A DNA stretch of 64,000 nucleotides from Anthoceros angustus. Its lineage: Eukaryota > Plantae > Anthocerotophyta. The notes beneath the pieces are model-generated. The model worked only from the letters and a program-made list of their open reading frames with translations. It was not told the DNA's origin and made no database searches. How positions within the stretch are numbered: position 1 is the first letter of the stretch; every line of letters begins with the position of its first letter. The stretch covers positions 1 through 64,000 of the forward strand of contig MU008160.1 in assembly GCA_010909165.1 (NCBI GenBank). The letters are read 5' to 3'. Below, piece after piece: positions 36,561 through 49,230 of this stretch. A program made the position numbers and the translations under genes.

Positions 36561-37899
36561 TTCAAGGAGACACCGGCCACGCCTACAGCAAACCAAGGTC
36601 GCTCGCTGCAATGTCTCCGACATTGGCTTCGATAATCTGACGACCGCGAGGAGAACAGGGAGGATGGGGAACGTTGCATCGCCAGAATATCACTCCCCGA
36701 TGCACCAAACACTCCACAGGGCGAAGAGACCTCGCATGGCACGTTTGATTTCGACCTGCGGGCGGGCGACATCGCCTCGTCTCTCGGGGCTAAGTTCCAT
36801 AGCCGCGCATACAAGTTCAAGTTCCGTCGGTGGCACATAGGGGGCACGAGAATGGTTATGAGTCCTTCGCCATCCCGAGCTTGCATACGATTTTCACGAG
36901 AACAAGGTGAAGCATCGCCGTCATCCACGATTACCATTGGCATCCGCATGCTTGTGAAAGTCTTTCCAGCTTGTCTACATAAGCTTGTGTTCACACGCAG
37001 TTGTCCAAAGAGCATTCGAAACGGTCCCTTCGGCAAAGCGCGGTATTTGGATGATCGTGAATGCCCGCATGTAGGTCTCTTTGTGAGGCGAGGCATTCCC
37101 GATGTGCCAAGTTCCGCCATCTGCACTGAGTCGAGCCGCATGACACCCGGTTATGAACAACGTTCCGGGCAAGGGACTACGAACGTGGAGGCACGCGTAT
37201 TATGAAAATTACCTCGTGTCTTCGTATGGGTGGAGTGGAGCATGGTGAAGAGACGTGCGAACGAGAGCAAAGACCAGGAGGAACACAAGCTCGGCACAAT
37301 CATATTAGACATAGCGAACAATGGATGCCTCGGAGTGGCATCTTTCCAGACTTGGAGAAGATTTACCTATCATCCCGTTGTTATTCAGCGGTCATTAAAG
37401 TTGCGGCTTTTGCCGTTAGGGATCGAAGGCTTTAATGTATGCCAAGTGCAACCGGTTGGAAAACATGGGCCACCGTGTTAATAAAACGTGGCAAAGCAGG
37501 TGCCACCAAATTAGGGTTGGAAAAACAAACACACACAGACGGTGCGATTCATCACCGCTTAACCCTTGCCCGATTTTTAAGCGCTTTCCTTTCCCGTGGG
37601 CGTTCACGGCTCAGCGCAAATGAGTTGCGCTCCACCGAAACCAGGAAGGCCTGGTGCACTCCTCAAGCCGCGGGGATGGAGGCCATTGCGCCATTGAGGT
37701 GAGGAGGTGCGTCACGCCTAACATTGCTGCGGGGAGATTTGGTGTCTCACCGTATGCATCGGTTGCTTGTGACGTGGCAAGTGGGCGGCAGAAGGACTTG
37801 GCGGTGGGGAGAAGAAGGCCCGCCGCATGTGGAGAAACCTAAGCGTCGGAAGAAAGGGGCGGGCGACACACCCAAGGGCGCGGAGATGGACAGTTGGCC

Positions 37900-39840
37900 G
37901 ACTGGTCTTCCAATTCAGGCGCCGGCTTGGAAGGCGAATGCAGGCACGATGTTGGGGCGACAGACTTTCGGGATCCGGATCGTGAAGGTGAGCACAACGA
38001 AGGAGCAAAGGCGGGAAATCAAGGATGGAAGGCCACCGTGATTCTAATCCTTCACCTTTTCGTTTGAGGAGACTGCTCAATTGCGTGAGACACACTAACG
38101 ATTGATGAGACGATTGTCCGAGAAGGAAGGCTTTTACCGAGTGCGAGCGGATGAAGACAATGTGGTGTGGACACCAATGTTGAAATTATGGATTTATGGC
38201 CACAATGGTGCTTTTAGAATCGAGCCGGGCTGGATTGTGGTATGCAACACGTTAATGAAGCGGAAGGAGATCCGGATATTCGGTCTTGGTGACTTCAAGC
38301 CTTATGGGTTTGAAGCTTTGCGATTGAGTCACGACTACGATTCGTGTTTAGCATAGCTTGCATAGCAAAAGTGTGAGCCACTTGAACTGTCTCTCAAATT
38401 CCGAGAAGCTCTTCGACCACGGATTGTAAGTGCACGTCTTTGGTTGTCATTGCTTTTGAAGGTTTACAACATCCTTGCATCCACTAACCACTTTTTGCAA
38501 CTTCTAACTCGTTGGCAGAATGCAAGGAATTTTTATCCATGCCTGTGTGAAGTGATAACAACTTCTATCATCAGTCACCGTCGCGTGATGTCCTTCAGAA
38601 GAACCAGGGCTGGGCTATCTGATTATGAATTGGAAGGAGATGAGGATGAGGCCGAGTATGGACCCTCGGATGAAGAGGATGGCCCTATCGTTGCTTGGCC
38701 AACGGATTCGGGTCGGAGGAGGATGGTGATAAGCAGGGTTGAGGAGGATGCGTATTCCCTCCATGCCGGTGCCAATCGCTTACAATCCTCTGAAGACATG
38801 GGTCATGAGGCGGGGAATGGGTGGGGAGCCACGGGTTGGGCACCCCTCAAGCTGGTTTATATGTCTACGAAGGCATGGGAGAGAGGAAGGGCGCATCGGC
38901 GCCATCCCCCCCTCTGCGGGCGCCATCCAGAGCATTCACTGACCAAGAGATTGCGGTGGGTGGATCAAACCCTGACGGCCTCTGGAATGATGGAGGCGCA
39001 TGATGCCGGCCTTTGCTGGCCATGGGATGTGAGGGAGGGCCGGCGGCTGCTGCTGCCCTTGTGGATCAGAGGAGGCGCCGGCATGCCTGCCTTCTGCCAT
39101 GGGGAAGCGGTGGTGGGCGCGGCATGCCCGGCACCTCTCTGAGAGATCGATGAGCCCGGCGTGCGCCCATCTTATATGGTGGGCGTATTGGGAGTCGGAG
39201 GCGGCAGCAGTCGGCTGGCATTGGTATGGGGGCAGGTTGCCAAATGGAGGTGAAGAGATTTGAGGAGGAAGAAGGCCGCGTGAGCTCCGCGATACCAACG
39301 ATATTCCAGACTATGCATCTTGCGATGGGAGAGGCTAGAGGCCTCCATCCGATGATGAAGATTATTTGTGGAATATCGAGTCAACTACGCAGAAAGTGGT
39401 TGGAAATAGTTCTTTCTGTTAGAAACAATGTTTCTCAAAGGGTATCTCGAACCCATTTTGGCCTCCATCCAGAAATGCACATGTCTCATTTTAATGTTTT
39501 TAGTGATTTTGCAGACCCACACCATCCGAGCCCAAAAGAAGACCTAATGCCACTCCGCAAATGCCTGGACACACCTTTACCAAGTGGTACCGGGATGTAT
39601 CAGAGCTGAGTCGGAGTCCAGACTTATACTCCAAAGGGTGCAATACACCGGGTTTGGGAGGGTTGCGTCAATACTTGTGTGCAAGCACTTTTCGTTGCTT
39701 GTGCCGCACCAACACTCACATCAATTCTCTTTTCAAACCCGTGATTGAGCAATCCCAGAGGCGGGGCATACCTGGCCCCCCTCGTGTCGGAGATAAGCCC
39801 TTAGAGACATTGGGCCCAGGTGATTGGACAAGGTAAAGGA
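37900..39840 (+). other. Coding-like fragments of an unidentified gene, divergent from the Sola-like transposase
   Basis: Protein-like pieces LSEKEGFYRVRADEDNVVWTPMLKLWIYGHNGAFRIEPGWIVVC and YELEGDEDEAEYGPSDEEDGPIVAWP, separated by GC-rich spacers. No family recognised. Confidence 0.3.
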
Positions 39841-41895
39841 TGGTGAGGCCTCCTCAACGTTCTTGATCAAACTCTTGAGCTTACATTTCTTCTTGTCAAG
39901 TCCGTCTCCTTTCAACCTTAATCTATCCATGGGTGGCACATGGAGCAAGTCGGATCTTAAATTCAAAATCTCTGGCGAAGCTTGGAGTTAGTCTTTGAAC
40001 ACCTAGCCCACCATAGTGGGCGTCACGGTGGGTATAGATAGGTCCTCCTTGAGCCTCACTGAAATACTCGACCATTTGGTCAAAACCCCATTTCGGGCGA
40101 CTGACCCTCTTTCTTCAGATACTCTGGCTCTCACTAGGGCTCGGTGGCATGCTCTCTTATACTTGTGTTCATTTGCATCAAGCAGGCTTTCATTACTCAA
40201 GGAAAAATCATCTATTCTATTTATTTTCTTGCTTCTGCAAAACATTGTGAAACATTGTGTCTTCAAAAGGTTGGCCATTAGAAACCACCATCATACATGT
40301 CGAATTTTGGAAAATGTAGCTCATCTAGAAACCAAGGCCTATGCATCTATACGTGCATCAAACTCGAATGAGCGGACATTTGGCGCACCAATCAAAGAGA
40401 TCCACGCAAGTCATCGAAGGGGCACATAGAGTAAGGCCAAAAGGTTTTACATGTTGTATACAAAGCGAATGTGGAATATAACATCAACCAACAAATGATT
40501 TTCAAAAATAATATTCATGACTTTACGCCTAGATACCGGATGATTTACAAATTTTTCAAACCACTAAAAATCAACACTCCATCCTAGTATTGATACGCCT
40601 CTAGGTTGCTTAATGTGGAGTTGTTACAAAGTTTTCAAAGCGCCAAAAACAAGCAAGCCATCCTAGTACTAATCGACCCAAGAGCTAACAGGAAGTTCTA
40701 AAGCACCAAAGTCAAGCACCCCATCCTAGTACGATCAACTTTAACCTTGGAGTTCTTATGCCATTGAGTCTATCAACACCTATCCTAAGCGATGTTTGAA
40801 GACAAACAATATATATATGCCGGACGTCCGCGATCCACTCCACCATTTCCATCTCACCGACGCCACAAGATTGGGGTCTCAGAATGCGCCGGACGTCCGG
40901 GCGCATTGCACTCCTTCCAATGTTTTTCACTCTAACAATGGAGATCCTGTGGTTGTGTACTGTATCACGTCCAGCTACTTTTAGAGTCGTAGTTTGGTCC
41001 TCTCGAGATGGCCATGATCGCTATCTTAATGTTCTTCACAATTGCGCGGACGTCCGGCCATAGCTTGCTTCTTTCGCTAATTGCTACTTTTGTGTTGGTT
41101 CGGACGTCCGCGCAGCTTTTGTCTGGACTAATTTTGTTTGGTTTGCCTACTGCTCACCCTCGCTAGGAAGTACTATCGCGAAAGAGGTGTTTAGGATTCC
41201 TAGCACCGTTAAAAATCCTTGAAATCCCTTCCTTGTGAAGGTGAAATCGAACCTTCTTCGGCTTCAACCGTTAGCGTAAGTATTCACGAGAAAATAACAT
41301 GGTCAATATCTTCAAAGACATGTTTAAAGTGGTTTTGCTAAAGCATGATAGATATTTTTTGGTCTTTTAGTCTTTAGGGACTATCCCTACAGAGACGCTG
41401 AGAATTTAAGGCCCTGCATCCTTTCTTACTCCAGGATGCTCGGATTCGGATTGTGGGAGGCATGGACCAACTATCCGCAAAGTTATTTTTTGAAGGTCGG
41501 GTTGAGGAAGGTGTCTGCCTCTCACTGCATGATTGATCCATCTGATTAGTGACATTCAATATATAGACCGGAAGAAGTTTAGAGCAAAGTATGTGATGGG
41601 AGTGCTCTGTGCACCGCTAATCCATGCAATGATAGGAAGCATCCGGACATATCCTCCATCAAGGCCAGGATTCAATGGATGGAAGCCCATGTCTATTGTA
41701 GGCTCACTTTACGGGACATGAGGTTCCGGCCACGCACCTGGGGTCACCTTAGTCTCGACACCGGAGAAGATGACTTTCAACAGCAAGTTCAGATTTGAAA
41801 GATGAGTTGCAGATAGCAAAAAGAGATGGAGTCAATATGAGCATGAACTGGAAGTTCAACCTCTATAAGATGATGGGCTTGATAGATGATGATGA

Positions 41896-42159
41896 TGATA
41901 AAATACATATAGTTTAGGGCACTATTCACTAGGGCACCTTTACTTATGCTTTAATTTATTTCTAGGGCATTAAGTAGTTACTTAGTTAGTTGTCCTAGGA
42001 GGTTAGTTGTTATATTAGTTACACAACCATGGTTATAACAACTTATGGTTATAACCGCCTAACCACCTAACCACCTTGCCTAAATAGGCTTTGTACTTTC
42101 TATTATATACATTGTAATGCAAGCATCTTTTATGCTAGAGCTTAGCATGATTTTCATCA
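41896..42159 (+). repeat. Copia 5' LTR
   Basis: tgataaaatacatatagtttagggc...gattttcatca. Confidence 0.9.
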
Positions 42160-43099
42160 TGGTATCGAGCAGCTTTGCTCTTGATGCTAGAGCTACTTTC
42201 CTATTTCCTCCTAAGGCATCCATTCTCCTATGCTTCCTTTCCAATTAGATCTTTAAATGGAACTTATGCTACTGGAGATCTCCTTTGGCAGCAAATGGAT
42301 CAAGCTCAAGATCATGCTTTAAGGATGCACAATTTGTGTCAAATCCTTGCCCTTGCACCATGAATTCACCAAATCCCACTAAACAAGGAGTTTGGAGAAA
42401 TATCAAGGCTGCAAGGCAAGAGAAGCGAGAAGGACCACAAAACAACAAAGTGCATGGTGTGAAGAGCTTGAAGTAGTCTCTAAACAAGTTGCTAATTTCA
42501 TTGGATCTATTTTGATTAAGTCACCGGATCAAGGGAATTTGATTAGACTTGCTGACAAGAGCTACTTACCTCCTTTTGATTTATTGCAAGTTTAAATCCA
42601 ATTAGCTCTTCAACATATTCCTAACTTGGTTGCTGGCCCTTCATTTCCGCTTGAATAATTTGCTAGAAACTCTTGGTTGCATAAAGAGTAACATTAGACT
42701 TCACCCAAAATCCAATCATTCTAATTTTGCCTTTTGCAACAAGAAATTAGCAATATTCGAGATCATCTAGATAGGCTCCTTCCCAAAGGAGATTCTGATT
42801 TTGATGATGAGATGATATTCCAAGAAATATAGGCCAAGCCGAGATGATCCGCTCCGACGCGCATGTCCTTTCACCGATCGGAAACCAAGTGCGCCTATCG
42901 GACAAATTAATCGCCTATTTTGAACTCACTGGCTGGAGTGAATGTTGACGACGATATATTAATCAACTTGAAAAGTTAAAAGCGTTGGCTAGAGGAGCAA
43001 AAGGCCAAATGGCTTGAAGATGAGAAGAAGAGTTGGGAAAAGGCTAAAGAAAAGAAAAACTCAAACATGATCCAAAAGCGGGTTCATGGAGATAGCTTT

Positions 43100-46000
43100 A
43101 AGGAAAAGGATAGATTCAATGGAAAAGGATATGATGTATGGAGTATTCGCATGAAAGGAGTATTGCGGCGCGTGAACTATGGGATATAGTGAGTGGTTCC
43201 AATGATCGTCCCATGTGGGATTCGACTATAGAAGAATGGGACAATAAGGATCAAGGCCCAAGATATTCTAGTGAGTGGACTTATCAATCCATGGTTCGCC
43301 AAGTTTCAAGCCGATTCCTCCAAGGACATGTGGGACCGCCTTGCCCATTATATTCATCTAAGGATGTAATGAGCTTGTTGTCGCCACCCGCAATTTTCAT
43401 AATCTCAAGATGAGAGAGAATGACTCATTGACAATCATATCAAGATTTTCGAATCGCCAAGTCCAACCTTGAAGCATCCGCACCAAGTTGACCGAACAAC
43501 TGCTTTATGACTCTTCTCGCCTCTACCACCTCCTCTGTGGCTTCGTGACTACTCAAAATGCGGTTCGAACCGAGAAATCATGAAGCCTCGGTGATGCTTA
43601 TTTAAGCGCCACCGAATTGATTGGAGCAATCATACGGAGGACCAAAGTCGCCGACATGAATCCGGATCAACCGCAGCAGTGATGTTCATTGGAAGGGGTA
43701 GAGGAAGAGGTCGAGGCCGAGGGCAGAGGACTGCTTTCTTCACGACCCAATCCCAACCAATATTCACGGTGAATACTCGTCTTCTTCAAAGACTAAGAGG
43801 TAATAAGAAGACGGAGTTATTTGTAATTGCGTCAACCATATGGAGAAGGACAAGAAAGAAGAAGGCAGCTAGGAAGGAGGCCTGAGCGTATGTTGTAGTG
43901 AAGAAACAATCTTCCACAACACCGGCAACTCCCGTGCATGGCATCATCAAAGCCATCAAACCAATATTGGTATTTAGACTGGAGCTACATCACATATCTG
44001 TCACAACAAAAACTCTTTTGAGTCTTATTCACCCACAGGACACCGATCGTCCTCTGGCGATGATCACAACCTCCCATCTCGTGTGTAGGTTCGCTTGTTC
44101 TCGATGTTCTTCGTGCCAAGTTCTCTCTCTCCCATGTCCTTCACGTACCATCCATGTGTAAAATCTAGTGTCTCGCTAGCTTATGTTCAACATAGCATGC
44201 AAGTCATTCTTCATGGAGATAGTTGTCTTATTTCCCATCTCACAAGTAAGTCACATACTATCTCGCTGACACTAGAGGACGGCCTATACAAACTATCCGT
44301 CAAGTGGGTCCCTTACATAGCATGAATGTAGCCACCCACACCGCCACCTCCTCCAACACCACACTTTGGCATCGACTAGGTCATCCTAATAGCCAAAAAC
44401 TCATCCAAATGTCTAAGGGAAATTTTTATAGAACACCTTCCCTATCCAAGATAGAACCCTATCTCGTGCAAGCGTGTCACCACCAAAAGGCACCAGGCTC
44501 CTTCCACAACCACTCTCCCAGGGCCAAAGCACTTTGAGTTGGTCCACACATTCATGCCCTATTTCGCACCATCCTTTACCGTTGCGATATTTCTTAACAT
44601 TCATAGATGATTATTCTCGCTTTGTCCTCACATACATCCGAAACACAAAAGCCAAGCCTTTCGGTTTTCAAGGACTACATGATGTGGGCAGAGACTTACG
44701 TAAAACTCAAGACCCTCCGTTCGACAATGGAGGAGAGTTTACATCTCATGAATTTGCCGATTTTGTCGATCAAGGCATAGCTCAACAACTCACGCTTGTA
44801 CATACACCTCAAAGAAATGGCGTAGCGTAGAATAAGAACCTACGCCTTCAAGAGATCACGGTTGCTTGCTCTCCCAAGCTAAATTATCCAAGACTTATTG
44901 GAGGCCATTCAAAGAACCTATCTCATCAATAGATCCGACATCTGCAAGGTATGACACCTTATGAAGCCTTTATTGGTAGGAAGCCTTCAATCGACCATCT
45001 TCGAGTTTTTGGATCTCCGCTTATGTCTTTATACCTAAAGCAGAAGAAGCTAGATCCTAAGGCAGCCAATACTTTCATTGGCTACGAAGGCATCAAAGGA
45101 TACAAACTATTTGATCCCGCTACCGGAAGCTCTTATATGCCGGAGTGTCACTTTTAATGAGTCCCATATACTTTCACCTTGGGGAGCTCCTGCGACACTC
45201 CTCATGATGTTCTTCCTCCCGAGAACACCGAGTATTCATCTTTTGATGATCATGATTTCATAACTCAACATATTGTCCTCGCTCCTGCTCCTGTTGTTGC
45301 ACCTATCTGCAGGAGGAGGAGGAGCTACATATCCTCGACGCCTCCGACCCACGACTGGATCCCGATCCAAGAACCTCAACACCTTGAGGACATCCCGGCG
45401 AGGACATCAAGAACCTCTTGAGGATGATTATCCGGTCGAAGATGAGCCTCGCTTCTCTATATACGAACTAGCTCATGAAGAGGTCGCCGTTGAAGATGAC
45501 CAACCTGCACCAAGGTACAACCTAAGAACTAGACCAGTTATTCCAGGACCTGCAGGATGGAAAGAACCAACCCAAGGATACCTTGCCACCTTTGATGATC
45601 CTATTTCTCCCTTCTCCCTTTTTCACCAGGGTGTATATAAAGCCACTGTTGATCCCCGAAGAACCTCTGACTTTGAAACAAGCATTTTCCTCTCCTGAGA
45701 CAGACTTGTGGAAAATAGTAGTAGATTCTGAGTATAACTCATTAGTTAAAACTCGACATGGGAATTGGTGAAACCACCTAAGGGCGTAAAAATAGTGACT
45801 AGCAAGTGGGTATTCAAAATCAAACGAAAGGGTGATGGTTCCATTGAGAGATACAAGGCACGATTAGTGGCTAGAGGGTTTACCGGATCCACGGTTTAGA
45901 TTATCTACCCCATGCCACTTATGCACGGTTGCCAAGTTTGCCTCCCTAAGAATGATCTTAGCCTTAACCACACAACATGACCTTCACCTCCACATGATGG

Positions 46001-47160
46001 ATGTCAAGAGCTTACACATGGGCGTCTACAAGAGGAGATCTATATGAGACAGGAGGCTATGAGGTCAAGGGAAAGGAAGATTGGGTGTGCAAACTTATTA
46101 AGTGCATTTATGGCAAGCAATCGTGCAAAGAATGGAATGTCATACATGTCAAGCTAGTTAATCGTGGCTTCAAACGAAGCAAAGCCGATGCTAGCATGTA
46201 CATATTGAAATCGAAGTGATATAATTTACCTTCTACTTTATGTACGACTTGTTTATGGCCTCATCTTCCTTATCCCTCCTAGTGAAATCAAGGCATGGTT
46301 ACGAAGTCATTTTGAGATGATGATCTCGAGAGATGACTTATGCCCTGGCGTTAATATCATTAGGATAGAGGCAACAAAACTCTAAGCTTAGTTAAAGTAT
46401 AAAAGAGAGTTTAACAAAATTTGGATTAGAAGAAGCCAAACCGCCACTACCCCTTTGCTAGTGGCATTAGGCTCACCGATATGAGCCCTAAAAGATACGG
46501 AGAAGCATGAGATGTCAGCACCATATAGACATCTTGTTGGCACTGATTTAAGTAACTTCACAAGACCCGACATTTCTTTTGAAGTTAGTGCATGTTCACG
46601 ATTCCTAGAGAACCACGAAGGAACATTGGCTATCTCAAACGTATCTTCGTGATACCTCAAAGGAACTATGCACACCGGATTGACTTACAAGTACAAACCC
46701 GCATACCCAATTTAATCCTAAGACATGTCGGCCGACTATGCTGATCCAGACACCGTAATCAGATCCGGCTATGTTCTACTATTGGGAGGTGCTCCAATCT
46801 CTTGGTCAAGTAAGAAACAACCTACAATTGCTTTGTCATCGAGTCCGAGTATAGAGTCCTAACCTCGTCTCAAAGATATAGTTTGGTGTAGGTTAGCTTT
46901 GAACTTGGTCACCCCAACATAATCCCACACCTTTGTTCGGATAGTCAAGGGGCCATAGCCCTAGCTAGAAATCCGTCTTCCACTCCGAACAAAGCACATA
47001 GCAATTGAATACCACTACATTCGTGAAATGCTAGAAAACAAAACAATAGACATAAATTACATCCAAACTCGGAAAATCCGGCCGATATATTAACCAAGTC
47101 ATTAGGTCGTGATTTACATAGCAACACATGAAGAGTTTAGGGATACTAGATATCAAGTCT
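43100..47160 (+). pseudogene. Copia gag-pol (frameshifted)
   Basis: RFNGKGYDVWSIRMK..LWDIVSG; WYLD.GATSHICH ~43970; LWH.LGHP ~44367; YFLTFIDDYSRF; DNGGEFTS; TPQRNGVA; KWVFKIK..ERYKARLVARGF ~45810; ISWSSKKQ; RTKHI; ADILTKSL ~47090. Confidence 0.92.
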
Positions 47161-47899
47161 AAGCCACCCTAACTCATAGCTATAGAGGAACATAAGTGGG
47201 CAACTAAAAGTTAACCTTGGCTACAAGCCACAGTTTGTCCAAATGATCAAGTTCCTCTTCTATTTCTAAATAATCTTCATAGTATTCTGAGCTTCGCTCC
47301 AATGCCCAAACAGATCCTATTCACAAAATTTAGGAGTCATGTTAATATAAAAATAAATAAATAAATAAATTATTAAATGCTATTTAAGTCATAAATGGCA
47401 TTAGGGTACTTACTATAAGTATGCTTAGTGTTCCCTTCATACTCAGCACATGGGGCAGCTCCCAACCATACCATTTTGATTCCTTTCTTATGGCAAACAT
47501 ATTCTGCTAGGGCATGGTAACTATCCTTATCCCCAGGGCATATCAAGTGGGTAGCTTTCATCAAACTTCCCATAGGAAGATAGCATCCAGGTATTGCATA
47601 TCCTGTCCTTGTTGCTTGAGGACCACTCTTTGTGGGATAGCAATCCTCAAGTGATCCGTGCCCACACACACTTGTCCATCCCTACAACCACATAGTTTCT
47701 TTTAAGCAAAAAAAAAAAAAACTTTGTCCTTATAAATAGGAGCAACCTACTTCCTATTCCTACTTACTTTCTTTTCCACTACTGCTACCACCTTGCTCTT
47801 GCCCTTCCACTTTCCTCTTGTGTCTTCGCCATCCATCTAAGTTTTCCTAGATCCGCCAATGGATCATCCCATTAGTACACATGCTATCTATCACTTTGT

Positions 47900-48430
47900 A
47901 GCATATATGCGACAGTTAACATACCGAGGCTAGTTTGTGGAGATCATTGGCACTTTTGGCGCCGAAATCATCATTGACGACGAGGCATCACCTTGACTTC
48001 CTTCGCATACGGATCATGAGGAGCATCTTCAACATCGGCTTGGACTCCCACCACGAGTCCTCTTCATCAATGTCAAGTCATCACACCATGTCTCATCAAG
48101 AGAGACGGCTTCGACGAGACCTCGAAAACCCGACCTCATCTTCACTCCACTCCGACGGAAGGCGGAGCGACAATCTCTTCTCACGAAGAGGAGATGGGTA
48201 CCATCCGCTTGAGTTCTGTGGGAGGATCCACTCATCTCCCATTTGGTCTCCTCCCACGTGTGGCCGACACTCAAGACTCTCGACCACACATCGGTTGGCT
48301 GTACCAAGCACGTTGAATTTCCAACCTGAGCCGCGACGGGACTTCACCGACCATCTCGGATTACCATCCGTCAGAAAAGCACACAATTTGTGGATCAAGC
48401 GCAACACGAAGCGCCCGGAATCGAATTTTT
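47900..48430 (-). pseudogene. Antisense extra ORF in the copia 3' region; a further piece at 47373-47669
   Basis: Repaired minus frame: LRLIHKLCAFLTDGNPRWSVKSRRGSGWKFNVLG..DVWSRVLSVGHTWEETKWEMSG...GLVEAVSLDETW..DIDEEDSWWESKPMLKMLLMIRM. Confidence 0.4.
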
Positions 48431-48972
48431 GATGGCAACAGGATCAAGACTGCAGGCAATCAAAGTCGCGACAGATTCGCCGCTGGCCGATCCAAATTCT
48501 CGCGCCAAGACGGCTCGCCCCACGTTGGCGCGCTGGCCGCCGCAGTGCGGCGCCGCCAGCTGCCGCGCCGCTCACGGCGCCGGCTGCCCGCCTCCCGCGG
48601 CGCTGAGGCTCGCCGCCGCCATGGGCGCTGTTTATGCCACCGCGGCCACACTTAACGCGTGGGCACGGCAATCGCCGCAGACCCACGTGGATCCTGGGGG
48701 AGGGGGGGTTTGCATTATCCACCTTTTAATTTCGGATGGGGTTTGCAATTATCCCCATTTCTTTTATTTCGGGTTTTTCCTTTTGCTTTTTCCCGATTTC
48801 TAAAATACCTATTTAGCATATCTAAATTAATTATTTAGTTTAGTTTGCTTAAGCTACATAGACTCTCAGTTTATCTTCTGAGCTAGTAACTATCTATCTA
48901 GTAGGAGTTTGCTAGTGTATTTAGTCTCATTTTGTAGCTTATTTTCACCCCTACGTTCATAGTGAGTGGGAG

Positions 48973-49230
48973 TGATAAAATACATATAGTTTAGGGCACT
49001 ATTCACTAGGGCACCTTTACTTATGCTTTAATCTATCTCTAGGGCATTAAGTAGTTACTTAGTTAGTTGTCCTAGGAGGTTAGTTGTTATATTAACCAAT
49101 TGACGGTTATAACAACTTATGGTTATAACCGCTCAACCACCTAACCACCTTGCCTATAAATAGGCTTTGTACTTATTATATACATTGTAATGCAAGCATC
49201 TTTATGCTAGAGCTTAGCATGATTTTCACT
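48973..49230 (+). repeat. Copia 3' LTR
   Basis: Near-identical to 41896-42159. Confidence 0.9.

Larger units (their letters stand above)
41896..49230 (+). mobile_element. Full-length Ty1/copia LTR retrotransposon (~7.3 kb)
   Basis: LTRs of ~260 bp. TSD GATGA at 41891-41895 and 49231-49235. Met-type PBS tggtatc(a)gagc at 42160. PPT agtgagtgggag before 48973. Order gag-PR-INT-RT-RH. Confidence 0.93.

Noticed and set aside
40562-40572. CACTA pentamer as the 5' terminus of a CACTA element
   Set aside because: Only 5 bp, not followed by the usual terminal sequence, and no matching 3' end in the window.
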